A stretch of 63,159 nt of DNA, filler included, from Octopus bimaculoides (GCF_001194135.2; 4 parts of 4 records of this genome joined end to end with filler, not necessarily neighbours in it); one strand, 5' to 3'; positions 14,682 through 29,788 are shown, counted from the first letter of the whole stretch. The notes: generated from the sequence alone by a model not told the origin. Numbers and translations: made by a program.

Positions 14682-17600
14682 TATAAAGCAAACCGGTTTT
14701 CTTGAGATTGATGTATTAAGCTAAGCGAAGAAATTGTTGAGGGTTTGTAGTTAGAAGCAAGAGTTAATCAGGGATGATATTGCAGGTAAATACATTCACA
14801 AGAGAGGATTTAGTGCAGACTGTTCGGTTAGGTGGAGTTAAGAAAATGGCAAGAAGATAAGACATATGAATTGACCGTGTAGATGTATGAAAAAGTGACA
14901 TAGATTTTAAATCATTAAACATATATATTCCATTACAGAATAGAGTTCCAATATAGAGGACATTATACTCTACTTAATTATCTATTTAGATTTTACTCAG
15001 AAAAAGAACTAATTAGTCAAATCTCACTAAAGTTTAGTTCATCACTCTGCTGTATCCAACCAACTGCTTGTGCTACTATCTCTATAACACCTACTGAATT
15101 GGTTGGTAAGATTCATTTGCAAACTAAAAACTCTAAAAACCTTTCTATTTCCTACTATTCTCAATAGTTCTATTTCTCGAGACCTTTATCTAAGTAGTTA
15201 CTCACAATTTTCAGTTTCTAGAGAAGCATCTTTCTGCAACTAGCTAGCATATGTTTCCACCCTTCATTAACTTTCGTCTCAGCAAATACACACTGACTCT
15301 ACAGTCTTGCTGCCATTCTCTCCAGGAAAGTATATGCCGATTTTTAACTACTACTCCTCCCTCCACCCCTCCCTTTTGCAACAAAATTAGAATATGAAGT
15401 ACATGTCAGCAGCTACGAAGCTGCACTGCTGAATAATTCATTTGACATCCAAGTTTTCATCTAACTGTTTATCAATTTATGTGTTGTCATATAATAAATA
15501 TTGGTTGCTGCCAAACAATGACAAGACAAAACAGAATTTATTGAAGACTTTGATACAGAAAATATCAGATCCCCATCTTAAGATAGAAAGACATGTTCCT
15601 GGAATATCATTTTAAAGATAATGAACATTATTGTTATTAATAATTTAAATTTTTATCTTGACTATGTGACTTGGTCTACTTGAATCTGACAGCCAACTAT
15701 ATTATCTTTAGCATCAATAAATTTATTCAGTGGGTGACAGAGGGAGTGGAATCTAGATAAAATGCTTCAGTATTTCTTTCTCTCCTTTACATTATGAGTT
15801 CAAATCTCTTCATAGTCATATCTTCCATCACTCTAGAGTCAATAAAACAAATACTAGGATACGATGAAGTTGACTGAATGAACTAAACCAACCACCTTCA
15901 GTTAATAGCCTTTTTCTATTTCGTGTAAGAAATCAAAAATATAGATTTAAAAACAAAAAGACTATTGGCTTGTTCTGATAGAAGAAGCTATGCCTGTGGT
16001 TTTTGCAGACCCTCCCAGTCTGATTAGATCAATGCTCTTAATGTTGTTTTAATTGCTGCAAGTTGACAACTACGGTGGGGCAGAAGAGAATTTCAGAAGG
16101 TTGGTATTCTGGGAAAGAAGGATTAGGAAAGTGGTTAGTGTGAGGTGTGAGTGTAGGATACAATGGCTATGATGAGAGAGGGAGAGGCAAAAAAAGTCAG
16201 CAGTGTGTGCGTAAAGATGGAACAAGATGAGCCAGTGCCAAAGATCAGAGGCCACTCTAGTATAAGTAGAAAAGCCAGAGAAAGGAGACGGTACATATAT
16301 GGACCAGAGGTTGGAGTGTGTTCATAAATGACTTCTTTCTTTGGATGCAGTCTAGGATGCTTGTATGTGGTGTGTAATGGCAGCAGCATCCTAGGAGTGT
16401 GAGATACACTCCACCTGAGAATCTCACTTGAGACTCAAAATTTAAACAACTAAACTGTTCCTCTTAAGTCACAGATCAGTATCTTTCTTTTAATATGACT
16501 ATGTTTTACCATATAAATTATCTATAAAAAAACAAACAACAAAACCCCATCATGGTTGCTATGACTTATACTTGTGATTCAGAATCCTCTAATATTTCTA
16601 GCAGCCCTATCACAAGGCAAATTAGAGAATGACTAAGTCAGAGTAACCTCAGTTGAGTTTACATTTGTCAAGGAAACAAAACACTTGTCACATAAGAGGC
16701 AACAGATTTTTTTTTTTTTTCCTCAAAAAACATTTGATCAGAGTTAGACTGGCGTGAAACGTTATGCCTTTATGATGTCTTAATGATATGAAGAAGAGGA
16801 AGATGTCAAGTATGAGATCTTCATTACACATTATCGTTACAATGGTTTAGTCAACTAATTTCTTGGCAGTCATTTTTAATTCATTAGAAGAACAATTGTT
16901 TAGATCTTATTTTGAAATATTTTTAGATGTCAGCAATTTGACAACCGAGCTGAATTAATACATTGTCAATTTTGATGAATATAACTAATTATTCACCTAG
17001 TTTTCTACAATAGTTTTGTTCACACAGAGTTAACATTTAACTTGAAACTGCATGACTGATACACAATAGCAAAGGAGAAAATAATACAATTTATAGATAA
17101 CCAAATCATGGCTTTTGTTAAATATCTTATACTCAGTAAAATATGACAAAAAGAAAGCAAAATAAATAAAAAACTTGATGAAAGGTAAAATGATAATGAA
17201 CATTATATTAAAAATATGCAAAATGACTGTAACAATCATAGCATTTTTTTAGATAAGAGATTTGTTCCAGTAATATACAGACCTGTCCTTGTCAGTGTAA
17301 TATTGTATATCAATTGAATATTTGTCAATAAAAACTACTAAACGTACATTATTGTGTTATATTTATTTATATTAACAGCAACTTCAAACAAGTTGTAAAT
17401 GTTATTCCACAATGAAACCCAATGATTCAATTATTATTTCAATAAAAGTTATATAGAGCAAATTACAGATGTCAAGGAAAACAAAATTATTTAAATATCA
17501 TTTGTTCATTTCACATCCAATTTTTTCCATGCTGACATGAGTTGGACAAAGAAAACAAGATAATTTAAATATATCTGAGAACAGCAGATTATCTAAATAT

Positions 17601-19832
17601 ATTGAAAAATACTAGATTATTCAGATATGTCAGAAAATACTAGATTATTAAGATACATCAAAGACTATTGGATAATTTAGATTGTTTTGAAGCAAATATC
17701 TCATATCTAATATCCCAATGACTCAAATACAGATCCTCAAATTGAATAAGTTTGTTTTTGTTAATAGCCATGTAACTACCAGACAGGTTGACACTAACAG
17801 ACATGCCTATGTCATCACCTCTCAGGCCAATAAACTAATACACTTATGTTGCTAATAAACACGCCTATATCACTTTTCTGACCAATCAGTATCTTAGACT
17901 GATGCTATATTAAAGTCATATCACAGAGGAGCTTACCAACTGGAATTGTTACTAGAGACCATCAGGCATGCTGCACAGTCCAGTTCAGCCTAGTGTGGCA
18001 TGAGCCAGTGTATACAACTGAAAGATGCAGTATCAAGTAGCAGTGTTTCAAGCAGTTGTGATGGCAGTGGAAATCACAACAAACATAAGCAGATAAGTTT
18101 ATGATATCATTAATTCTGATTCAGTTTTTCCTGGCAACCTACATATTACCAAACAGAACTGTGATCAGCTCAACAGTCATAATTCCAACTAGTACACCTG
18201 CAAGTGAACTGTGATGATGATACTGAAGAAAATATCTGTTTATTTAGATATACTGAAGAGAATAACTGATTCAATGACAATGCTGCTCAGTGTTAAATTC
18301 ATTGTGTTGAATCATCAAACATTTTGAAATCATATTTCAATAAAGTAATGAACAGGATATACACTGTGTAATAATTTTTTTTTTTTTTTTTTGCCTTTGG
18401 TCAGCAAGTGTTATTTCCTTTTTTGCTTCTATCTAGAAATCAAAGAATGACTACTATTCCCTTCAAACTTTGCTTTTGTCACCTGGACATCAATGTTTTT
18501 GAAACTGACCTATTTTCCATTACATTTGAGACAAATTCAGCACTGAATTGCTGAAGTAGAAATATTGTTATAGCAAATATTTGTCCTTCAGTTGCTTGAT
18601 TATAACTACTTGAGCATATCCATTAGTGGTGGAGCATCATAGTGATATGCTGAGAGGGATTCTTTGGGGTTTGAGTGAATGTAACAAAAGCAAAGTCTGA
18701 AGGAAAAATTGGCCATTTCTCATACTTTCTAATGGTAAGCAAGTAGGAAATAACAGTTGCTAACCAAGGACAAAAACCATGCTACATAGAGTTAATTAGA
18801 CATGATCTAAATAAATGCTGATTTCTTTTTTAAGCATTAGAACAGTCACTGAAAAGAAATCGGTTTAGTGAACTTCTGGGCCCTTTACGTAATAAACTGC
18901 ACAATACAGAAAGTAAAGGTTACTCTAAACTGAGAAGTCAAAACCAAAACATTTAATTTTTGTCATAGAATCTGGTATTTTCTAATATCTAAATAATTTG
19001 GTATTCGCTACAATTTGTCAAAATAATTTTTACTCTTTTATCTTTTACTTGTTTGAGTTATTAGACTACAGCCATGCTGGGGCACCACCTTCATACAATG
19101 AGCTTCATTCAGTTAATGTTTACCAAATCCACTCACAAGGCTTTGGTTGCCCCAAGGCTGTAGTTGAAGATGCTTGACCAAAGTGCTACACAGTGGAACT
19201 GAACCTAGAACCATGTGGTTGGGAAGCAAGGTTCTTACCACACAGCCACATATATCTAAATAAGCTGGGGTTTTTTTTTATATATACACAAATAATTTTG
19301 TTTTCTTTGATCTGATATTGGTGTGTTCATGTCCTCGTAACTTAGCAGTTCAGCAAAAAAGACTGATAGAATAAGTACTAAGCTTACAAAGAATAAGTCC
19401 TGGGGTCAGTTTCTTCAACTAAAACCCTTTAAGACGGTGCTCCACCTTGACCACAGTCAAATGACTGAAACATGTAAAAGAATAAAAGAATATCTAAATG
19501 ATCTTATATTCTTCCATATATTTAAATGATCTTATATTCTCTGATATATGGCCCTTTTTTGTTCATGAGACAAGGAGATTACAACCTCACTTAGAAACTA
19601 GTGGGGTTGGTGACAAGAAGGGCATTCAGTCACCCCCCCACCCAAAAGGATTTTGATTCCAATCACATATCGCAATCTTATTTAGATTTGCATCAACATA
19701 AAATTTTATGCACATCTAAAATATTTGATAATCTCCTCAATATATTTTAAATAAGTTGATATCCCCCAATATATCTATGGTACAACTATGTAGTTAGCAA
19801 AAGAAAACTTAAAACATAAAACAAGCTCAAGC

Positions 19833-20110
19833 CTTTAGCATTTAAACTGGCTATATCTGGATCAAATATCATAAAACAGGTTCTTTTATTTTTTACTTGT
19901 TTCAGTCATTTGACTGCGGCCGTGCTGGAGCACCACATAGAGCAGTTTTAGTCAAACAAATCGACCCCAGGATTTATGTTTTAAACCTAGTACTCATTCT
20001 ACCAATCCCCTTTGCTGAACCGCTAAGTTATGGGGATGTAAACACACCAACATCGGTTGTCAAGCAGTGGGCGGAGTGACAAATACAGGCACAAAGACAT
20101 ACACACATAG

Positions 20111-20157
<47 letters not shown>

Positions 20158-20524
20158 NNNNNNNNNNNNNNNNNNNNNNNNNNNNNNNNNNNNNNNNNNN
20201 NNNNNNNNNNNNNNNNNNNNNNNNNNNNNNNNNNNNNNNNNNNNNNNNNNNNNNNNNNNNNNNNNNNNNNNNNNNNNNNNNNNNNNNNNNNNNNNNNNNN
20301 NNNNNNNNNNNNNNNNNNNNNNNNNNNNNNNNNNNNNNNNNNNNNNNNNNNNNNNNNNNNNNNNNNNNNNNNNNNNNNNNNNNNNNNNNNNNNNNNNNNN
20401 NNNNNNNNNNNNNNNNNNNNNNNNNNNNNNNNNNNNNNNNNNNNNNNNNNNNNNNNNNNNNNNNNNNNNNNNNNNNNNNNNNNNNNNNNNNNNNNNNNNN
20501 NNNNNNNNNNNNNNNNNNNNNNNN

Positions 20525-20571
<47 letters not shown>

Positions 20572-20592
20572 TATACATATACATATATATAC

Positions 20593-20629
<37 letters not shown>

Positions 20630-20993
20630 TATATAAATATACATGCAATGGGCTTCTTTCAGTTTCCGTCTACCAAATGCATTCCTGAGGCTATAGTAGA
20701 AGACACTTGCCCAAGGTGCCACACAGTGGATCTGAATCTGGAACCATGTGATTGGGAAGCAAGCTTCTTACCACACAGCCAGGCCTGCACCTGAATATCT
20801 ACATCAAATATTCAACCTGCTTTAAGTTAAAGCCAGCCAGATCTGGCTTCTTGCACCTACCCTACAATGTAATTTAAAAAATAAACAACCACAACAACGA
20901 AATCTTGAAGTAACAAGATAATGCATGATTAATTCAAAACAATGAATGAATAAGCATTAAATTTGACAGAACAGTCTGAATGATAAAGGGTTA
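19833..20993. mobile_element. piggyBac-like MITE interrupted by a family A SINE
   Basis: CCTTTAGCATTTAAAC start and GATAAAGGGTTA end; related copies near 22600-22791 (reverse) and 61420-61570. Confidence 0.45.
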
Positions 20994-23681
20994 TGGAAGT
21001 GGGTCAATGGCACAAATTAGGTAAAAATAAATCAATGGATGCTGAAAGATGCATGCCAGAAATTCTCGGTTAAGTGTAATTTACCTTTGTTGGAAAAGGA
21101 CAACAAAAACCTCACAATAATCATTAGTGACTCTTAAAGAAAAGTGGAATCATTACAAGAAATTAAAAACTAACATGCTTAAAGGAAAATTCTGATCTTT
21201 GTTAGAATGTAATAGAGACTACATCATCATCATCATCGTTTAACGTCTGCTTTCCATGCTAGCATGGGTTGGACAATTTGACTGAGGACTGGTGAAACCA
21301 GATGGCTGCACCAGGCTGGATGCCCTTCCTAACACCAACCACTCCGAGAGTGTAGTGGGTGCTTTTACGTGCCACCGGCACGAAGGCCAGTCAGGCGGTA
21401 CTGGCAACGGCCACGCTAAAAATGGTGTATTTTATGTGCCACCTGCACAGGAGCCAGTTCGGCGGCACTGGCAACGATCTCGCTTGAATATCTTTACACA
21501 TGCCAGTTTCAGTCTAATTGGATCTCAGTCAAGAAAGGATTTTACAAGCAAAAAGAATTAATTGGGTCTAGTCATTTTCATATATGTCACTTACGACATC
21601 ATTCCTCAACTTTGGTATCTTAATTTATGCCACTGGCCCACTTTGAGTTATTTCCCTTAGCTAATTTACACTACTCTTACCACTGCTGGCCAAAATTCTC
21701 CATAAATTCTTCATAATATGATAAAAAAGATGTTTGCCAATTAATCAAGCAGGCTCTTGTTTGACTATGCTTTGCTGATGAGGTACAGTAAGGCTGAAAC
21801 ATAACCATAGTTGTCACCTTGAAAGAAAATGAATTTTCTGAAATAAATTCGAAAATTCTTTAACTTATCACCTTGTTTCTTTGAGATTCACTAGCAATCT
21901 TCTATCTTTACTTGTCAGCAACCATGCTGGGACACTGCCTTGAAGAGTTTAGTCAAACAAAAAAACCCCAGAACTTATTTTACGTTTTAAGCTTGGTACT
22001 TATTTTATTGGTCTATTTTGCCGAACTGCTAAGTAACAGGTCCATAAACAAACACTGGTTGCAAAGCAGTAGTGGTGGACAAACATAGCACTCACACACA
22101 TACATATGACAGGCTTCTTTCAGTATCCATTTACCAAATCTACACACAATGCTCTAGTTAACCCAGTATATGGTAGAAGACACTCGCCCAAGGTGCCATG
22201 CAGTGGGACTGAACCCAGAACCATATGGTTGAGAAGCAAGCTTCTCACCACACAGCCATGTCTGCACCTATTATTACTGTTCAGCTTTTGTTTTCATTCT
22301 GCAGCTGAGAAGGGAAATGTCAGTTGAGAAATCTTTGTTTACATCAGGAAAAAAAAAACAACAAAACATTTTGACATTTTGATTCTGTGTCATATAAGTC
22401 ATTTATATTTGCACTGAGATATAATTTAAAATATATATGCAAAAAGATATTCTTTGCATAATTCTAAAAAAATATTCCAATAAATTTAATTGTTAAAAAA
22501 AATTAATAATTTCACCCTGCAAAGTTCATTTTTTTATATTTCACAAATACAGCCAAAATTCAAAACATTTCTATAAATTCAAATTACTTTGTCAAAATGT
22601 AATGCCTATTTACTCATATTGCTTTCAATTCATCATGCATTATTTTGTAGCAGTGAAAATTCAATGATATGCTTCTTTATTTTTAGAATGACATTGTAGG
22701 GTAGGTATGAGAGGCTGGATCTGGCCGGTTTGAACATAAAACAGGTGGGATATTCGGGCCGGATATGGCCAGTTTAAACACTTAAGGGTTAGAGATGATA
22801 CATAATGACTGAATGCTCGCCCTGCCGCCAAGTCTAGTCTGAAGACATAAGAGGAAAGGATATGAGTTTGCCAAGACTATGACACTGTTTCAACAAAATG
22901 TATGTTATACAACATTATAGAGCATACTTGAGAGCTAATTAAAGTTAAAGATACTTACTTTTTGACCAATATCTTCATCCATATCCATCACCCAAGACCG
23001 TGCATTATATACAGCTTTTGATGGAGACTGAAATAAATTGAAAAAAATACAATCTTACTAAAGAGGAAAAACAAAAAGTAAATAAAAAAGAAGCAAATAT
23101 ATTTACTGCAAAATAATGCATGTTGATAACAGATAAATTACGTATGTGGGAGTGTGTTGTGTGTGTGCATGAGACACACACACACACAGAGAAGCAGGAG
23201 CAAAGAAGGTAGTCTTTCATCTTTTAACTTGTACTTGCTTCAGTCATTTGATTGTGGCCAGGCTGGAGCACCATCCTGGAAGGTTTAGTCAAATAAATCG
23301 ACCCAGTACTTTTTTTTTTTAAGTCTCACACTTATGCTATATTGGTCTCTTTTGCCAAACTACCAAGTTACAGAGACATAAACAAACGAATACTGATTCT
23401 CAAGCAGTGATAGGGAGACAAATATAACACAGACACACAAATATACACATAGACATAATATATACATATATATATATATACATCATCATCATCATCATCA
23501 TCGTTTAATGTCCGCTTTCCATGCTAGCATGGGTTGGACGATTTGACTGAGGACTGGTGAAACCGGATGGCAACACCAGGCCCCAGTCTAATTTGGCAGA
23601 GTTTCTACAGCTGGATGCCCTTCCTAACGCCAACCACTCAGAGAGTGTAGTGGGTGCTTTTACGTGTCACCCGCACGAAAA

Positions 23682-23781
23682 NNNNNNNNNNNNNNNNNNN
23701 NNNNNNNNNNNNNNNNNNNNNNNNNTTAATTAATTAANNNNNNNNNNNNNNNNNNNNNNNNNNNNNNNNNNNNNNNNNNNN
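23682..23781. other. Artificial scaffold join (44N + TTAATTAATTAA + 44N)
   Basis: Linker at 23726-23737; carries stop codons in all six frames. Confidence 0.9.
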
Positions 23782-23832
<51 letters not shown>

Positions 23833-24528
23833 ATATATATATGTATATATATAGGTGGCACTCCGTCGGTTACGACGACGAGGGTTGCTGCTGATCAACG
23901 GAACAACCTTCTCATGAAATTAACGTGCAAGCGGCTGAACCTTCCACAGACACGCGTACCATTCACGTAGTACTCAGAGAAATTCAGTTCGACACGGAAT
24001 ACAGCAAGGCTGGTGCTTTGAAATCCAGGCATTACTCATTTTTGCCAATTCTGCGGATTGAAGTAACATAAAATAAAGTGTATTGCTCAAGGACGCAGCG
24101 CGCCGCCGTGTATAGAACTCCCGACCTTACCACTGTGAACCAAATACTTAACCACTAAGCCATATATAGAGTCAGCTGTATGTTGCTAAGTTAGGCAGTA
24201 GCGAAGTGTAACTGAAAAAATTGCTACATGGGGGTCACATTGAGTTTTTCAGTGGTCTAAGTGCGTGTCATGTAACAGCTTGAGAAAAGATAACGTAGAG
24301 CTACACACATAGCAGAAATAACAAGAATCATATTATAGGGCCGGTGGGTAGCTTCTATCTTCTATACGACGGTTTGGCATATTGGAAATAGCTGTTAAAT
24401 CTCTCTCAAATCAAAATTTACGTCTTAATCACGTTGTCAATAAGAGGAAGAAATAGTGAACAATGCATTTTTGAACAAATAAAAAGATGGGATGGTCATG
24501 GATGGAATACTTATGATCAGTCAGGATT

Positions 24529-24868
24529 TGTTGTTAGCCCTCCGTCGCTTACGACGTCGAGGGTTCCAGTTGATCGATCAACAGAAGAGCCTGCTCGTGA
24601 AATTAACGTGCAAGTGGCTGAGCACTCCACAGACACGTGTACCCTTAACATAGTTCTCGGGGATATTCAGCGTGACACAGTGTGACAAGGCTGACCCTTT
24701 GAATTACAGGCACAACAGAAACAGGAAGTAAGAGCGAGAGAAATTTGTGGTGGATCTTTAAGTGTTTTCGCTCAATAAACACTCACAACGCCCAGTCTGG
24801 GAATCGAAACCGCGATCTTATGACCGCGAGTCCGCTGCCCTAACCACTGGGCCATTGCGCCTCCATCC
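24529..24868 (-). mobile_element. Family B tRNA-derived SINE, near full length, with 12-bp TSD
   Basis: A box TGGCCCAGTGG and B box GGTTTCGATTCC on -; TSD TCAGTCAGGATT at 24517-24528 and 24869-24880. Confidence 0.9.
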
Positions 24869-26258
24869 TCAGTCAGGATTGATGTAGGGTAAAACAACAA
24901 AAATCATTCTAGTTTTTGACGCATTTATTGACTGCCAAATTCTTTTTTATTCTTCAGCTTGGTCTCTGTATTTCTGTAGTTTTTCAAGCTTCCACACATA
25001 TATTCTCTCTTCGGTTCATGTACAACGTGAGTGCATTATCATAGATTTACGTGCATAGGAGAATATTTGGAAAGGTTTCTGCCGACATTGTGTACTGGCA
25101 AGTAAATTGGTCAGAGAGATTTTGAGCTTTTATCGACGTTCATTTCACAGAAATGTTCTATTCTCTTTATTCAAAAGACAGGATGGGTTTTTCACAGAAT
25201 GTTTCAGTCCTTTCGTTGTAATGTTTTACAGTAATGGATTTTGCCAATGTGGATGACTGTCTGTGAAAGGCTTAGCATTAATGCCGTCACTAAATTTATT
25301 TAGTGTCTTCCGAGAAGCCAATTCTAATGGATTTGCTAAATTCTGATTTAACACTGTCAACAGATTTTGTCATGTTTCAAGTTTTACTAGTTCTTGGTTT
25401 CCAATTCTTGTCTCCCAAGGTATTACAATGTGGCTTATTTCACATTTTCTCCATGATCTTTTCTAAAATAATATCGGGTCCGCTACTGTAAATTATGCAG
25501 CAGTTAAACTTTAGGTAGGCTCTGATTCGGTGGACCTATTATGAAAGGCATTCCAGCTATGACTATCCCTTATTTTTCTAAAAACAGAACTGTGTATATC
25601 TGTGACCACGAGAAGAACTAACACTTAAATAAATTTGTTTCCCTTAAATCAAATATACAGCAGAAAGCAGTGGGAGCACTGACTTCAATACTACATTGAG
25701 TGTGGTCTGATGAGTTGCACAACCAGTAGAACACTGGTGTAAATTGTATGAAGTTCTCTTTTTCTTTAGAGTTCAAATCCCTCCGATGTCACTTTTACCT
25801 CTTTGAAAAGAGACAATATTAGTCAAGTCCTAGAGGCGGAGCAGTTTATTAAACCACAAATCAAAATGTCGGACCGAATTATATATATANNNNNNNNNNN
25901 NNNNNNNNNNNNNNNNNNNNNNNNNNNNNNNNNNNNNNNNNNNNNNNNNNNNNNNNNNNNNNNNNNNNNNNNNNNNNNNNNNNNNNNNNNNNNNNNNNNN
26001 NNNNNNNNNNNNNNNNNNNNNNNNNNNNNNNNNNNNNNNNNNNNNNNNNNNNNNNNNNNNNNNNNNNNNNNNNNNNNNNNNNNNNNNNNNNNNNNNNNNN
26101 NNNNNNNNNNNNNNNNNNNNNNNNNNNNNNNNNNNNNNNNNNNNNNNNNNNNNNNNNNNNNNNNNNNNNNNNNNNNNNNNNNNNNNNNNNNNNNNNNNNN
26201 NNNNNNNNNNNNNNNNNNNNNNNNNNNATATATATATATATATACATATACATACACA

Positions 26259-26491
26259 CAGGGTTGGCCAAAAGGCACCTGACAGTAAATCAAAACCGTT
26301 TAATTCTAAGATTTATTTATGTCTAACAAGTGAATGAATTAAATAAATGCATCTAAATATGAATCATCATGAAAATTGTTCAAACTGAAGTCCTTTTCGA
26401 GCAACACATTTTTCCAAGTGAATAAATAAAATTGAATATTAAGTATTTATAGAATTTTGATTTACTGTCGGCTGACTTTTGGCCATTACTG
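26259..26491. mobile_element. Tc1/mariner-type MITE
   Basis: TIRs CAGGGTTGGCCAAAAGGCACCTGACAGTAAATCAAAA and (reverse) CAGTAATGGCCAAAAGTCAGCCGACAGTAAATCAAAA; TA immediately to the right. Confidence 0.65.
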
Positions 26492-26991
26492 TATATTTCA
26501 TCACCCATTCATCAGTGTGCGGTATCACCGTATACCATAGATCCACATTGTCAAGAAAACGGAGGGAAAAACATTTCATATTGAAACTTGTCACCATGTC
26601 ACCGACAAGTAAAAATGAACGGTTTTCCTTCTACTCCCATACCTCCTCTTAGTTCATTAAACTCTTTCTTATCCTTCAGTTCCCCTCTCACTTCACCTTT
26701 CTCTTTCCCCTCATTATCCTCATTCCATTACTCATTCCTTCTCACACAGCTTCTCTTACTATTTCTTGTTCACGTATGAAGCTCACGCAGACCTGCGTTC
26801 CTTAACAGTAGCAACTAGTTTTTTTCTTTTAACTTGCAGGATGTACAATTCTGCTGTCTCTCATTAATTTCTCTCGGTCACTTCTTTCAAATTTTTTCTG
26901 AAGAACACTGTCCGAAACACAGGATTTCCCACACTTCACGAGATGTTTTTTTTCTATATATATATAAGCGAATAAAAAAATCCCTACATGA

Positions 26992-27051
<60 letters not shown>

Positions 27052-27381
27052 GCTAGCTGTCTGTTTGTCTGTCTGTCTGTCAGCCAATCTGTCTGTCTAT
27101 TTGTCTATCTTCTATCTGCCAGTCTCTCTCTATACATATGTGTGTATATCTATATGTATATATATACAAACATGCATATGGATATATACATATATNNNNN
27201 NNNNNNNNNNNNNNNNNNNNNNNNNNNNNNNNNNNNNNNNNNNNNNNNNNNNNNNNNNNNNNNNNNNNNNNNNNNNNNNNNNNNNNNNNNNNNNNNNNNN
27301 NNNNNNNNNNNNNNNNNNNNNNNNNNNNNNNNNNNNNNNNNNNNNNNNNNNNNNNNATGTATATATCTATATCTATATCTA

Positions 27382-27444
<63 letters not shown>

Positions 27445-28387
27445 ATATGTGTGTGTGTGTGTGTGTGTCTTTAAAAAGTGGAAAGGTATAAAAGATGAAT
27501 TAAAAATTACGGTCGCCTTAATCATCTTTATTAAAGGAACCAAGTGACCTAAAATAAATTTAATAACGTAGTTTAGAATTATAGTTAATGTATCGGTAAA
27601 TAGATAAAATTTGTGTTTTGGTTGGTAGACTTACAGCTTGTCGCATTTGCATCGTAATGCGTACGTGGAGATGAAAAACAAGCAAATCGTACATAAAATA
27701 ACATTGGTCCTTACAAGATTGTGTCAAATTGATAATTTGTCTGTCAATTAGCTTTTGTTATTGGGAACAATTAGATATATTTTGGAAGAATAGAATTATA
27801 AAATGAAATATTCACATGAAATATAAAGTAAAATTCGAAGTGTGTGAAAATATATAATGAGATAAGAAATATGACGCGATATGAAAAGATGGTTTAAATT
27901 AATAAAGGAATAAAAAACAAAACAAAATACAGGTTAGTAATTAGAAATAGAACTGAGCGTGGCAGAATTTTCAGACTAGGGTTTAAAATAGAAATAAATA
28001 TATAAGCGCAGGCGTGGCTGCGTCGTAAGTAGTTCATTTCCCAACTGCATGGTTCCAGGTTCAGTCTCACTACGTGGTACCTTGGGCAAGCGTCTTGTAC
28101 AATAGCTACAGGCATCGCTACGGCTAGAAAGGGAGCACTAGACTCCCTTGCTTGCAGTATACAGACACAGATCATGTGTCGGTAGCCAGCTGGAAAAGAT
28201 GTCTTCCTGGGGCTAAGAAGTAGTAACATTGTCCTAAGTAGGACTACCACGTTGCGTTGGAAAATAGACTTTACTGTACGTACTGTTACAACTTATTTCT
28301 CGCTCAGAGATTAAAATTAGTTTGTTCTTCTCTTCTCACAGAATAAGACACAAACCCTGTGTCGGTAGCCAGCTGGAAATGACTTTA

Positions 28388-28435
<48 letters not shown>

Positions 28436-28469
28436 CGTGTATTTGTGTATGTGTGTGTGCGCCCATGTA

Positions 28470-29056
28470 AAGCCTTTGTCTATTGGAAGTATTTACTATT
28501 CAAAACCGGTTGTGTTTCATTTATGAAGACTGACTCCGTATCTCTAGTAGCGATGCGTCGTCTGGGTGTCTAGACAGGATTTCTATGCTAATCCGGTTCA
28601 GCACACCATCGTATTGTTCTTTGTCATATTGGTAGAGTATCGAGGCTTGTCTTTGATTCTTGTACTTTCTCCAATGTTCATTTATACGCTCGGCCGAACT
28701 TCTCGCCGTTTCACGTGGTACAATCCCGACAAGTTCCAAGGGGTGATGTTTGTAGAATCCACACCACACAGGGAACTAGCCCACAGATTTAGAAAAATCC
28801 TGAAGGATACTAAGTTGAACATAAAAGTCATGGATAAACCAGGGAGATCCATCTGGTCAATAGCATGCAAAATATACCCCTTCAGAAAGATCACGTGTGT
28901 TGAGGAGAACTATGTAGTATGCAAATGTAGACCTGGTGTCAACTGCAAAACCTGAAATGTAGTTTACCGAATAAACCGATTGGATAGTGATTGTAAAAAC
29001 CAGAAGACTGCATACATAGGTGAAATGGCGAGAAGTTTGGCCGAGCGTATAAATGA
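28470..29056. mobile_element. Penelope-like element GIY-YIG fragment with internal inversion
   Basis: + strand VMFVESTPHRELAHRF..KVMDKPGRSI..CKT*NVVYRI..AYIGEMARSLAERIN; - strand ETARSSAERINEHWRKYK..ESVFINETQPVLNSK. Confidence 0.75.
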
Positions 29057-29788
29057 CATTGGAGGTAGTACAGGGATTAAAGACAAGAGACCGATTGAAT
29101 AGATACCAGGTTTAACAAAAAGTAAGTACTTAATAAAAATAAGTATGATTCATTCGACCAAAACATTCTACAAGGCGTTACTCCAACATGGCGCAGCCTA
29201 ATGACTGCAACAAGTAAAAGATAAAATATTCTCGTAAACCAATAAAAGTTATGCTATCTAATAATCTAGAATAAATTATTGTCTTTGTAGCTAAATAATC
29301 AGTTAAATTAGAACTTAAACTCAGCTACTGATGAAAAATTAACTACACTAACATAAAGTTTAATGGAGCATAAATTTAATAGAGTTTAATATGAGTTTCA
29401 TTAGAAACATTAAAACTGAAGCTAGGTTTAAAATGATTAAATTAATTGGGTTAAAGGTAGAACCCAATAATAATAAATGTTCCAAGGATATCAGTCACTT
29501 GTTTATTATCTCTGAAATGCATTACATAATTTCTCTATAGAGTAGAGAAATTATAATGGCTGAGAAAACAATGGCTCGTCGGGATAGAGCTCTGTTGCTT
29601 TATGCATAAATGAATTTTATAGTTAAAATTGTTAACTCAGTATCGAAGTTGAAAATGAAAAATGAAATATACTAGCATGAAAGTTAAAAACGTGATAGAA
29701 TATACTTGTATGAGAGCTTTATTTAAATGTACTCATATATCAAACGAAAGTGTGCTTAAGGTTTTAAAGATCCTATGTCTACAAGGTA

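Noticed and set aside
23726-23737. TTAATTAATTAA motif recurring three times
   Set aside because: It is always centred in a 100-bp 44N+12+44N block, so it is an artificial all-frame-stop scaffold linker, not biological.
24890-25520. Non-repetitive minus-strand stretch with semi-open frames
   Set aside because: There are multiple stops in every frame and no recognisable motif, so it cannot be called an exon or pseudogene.
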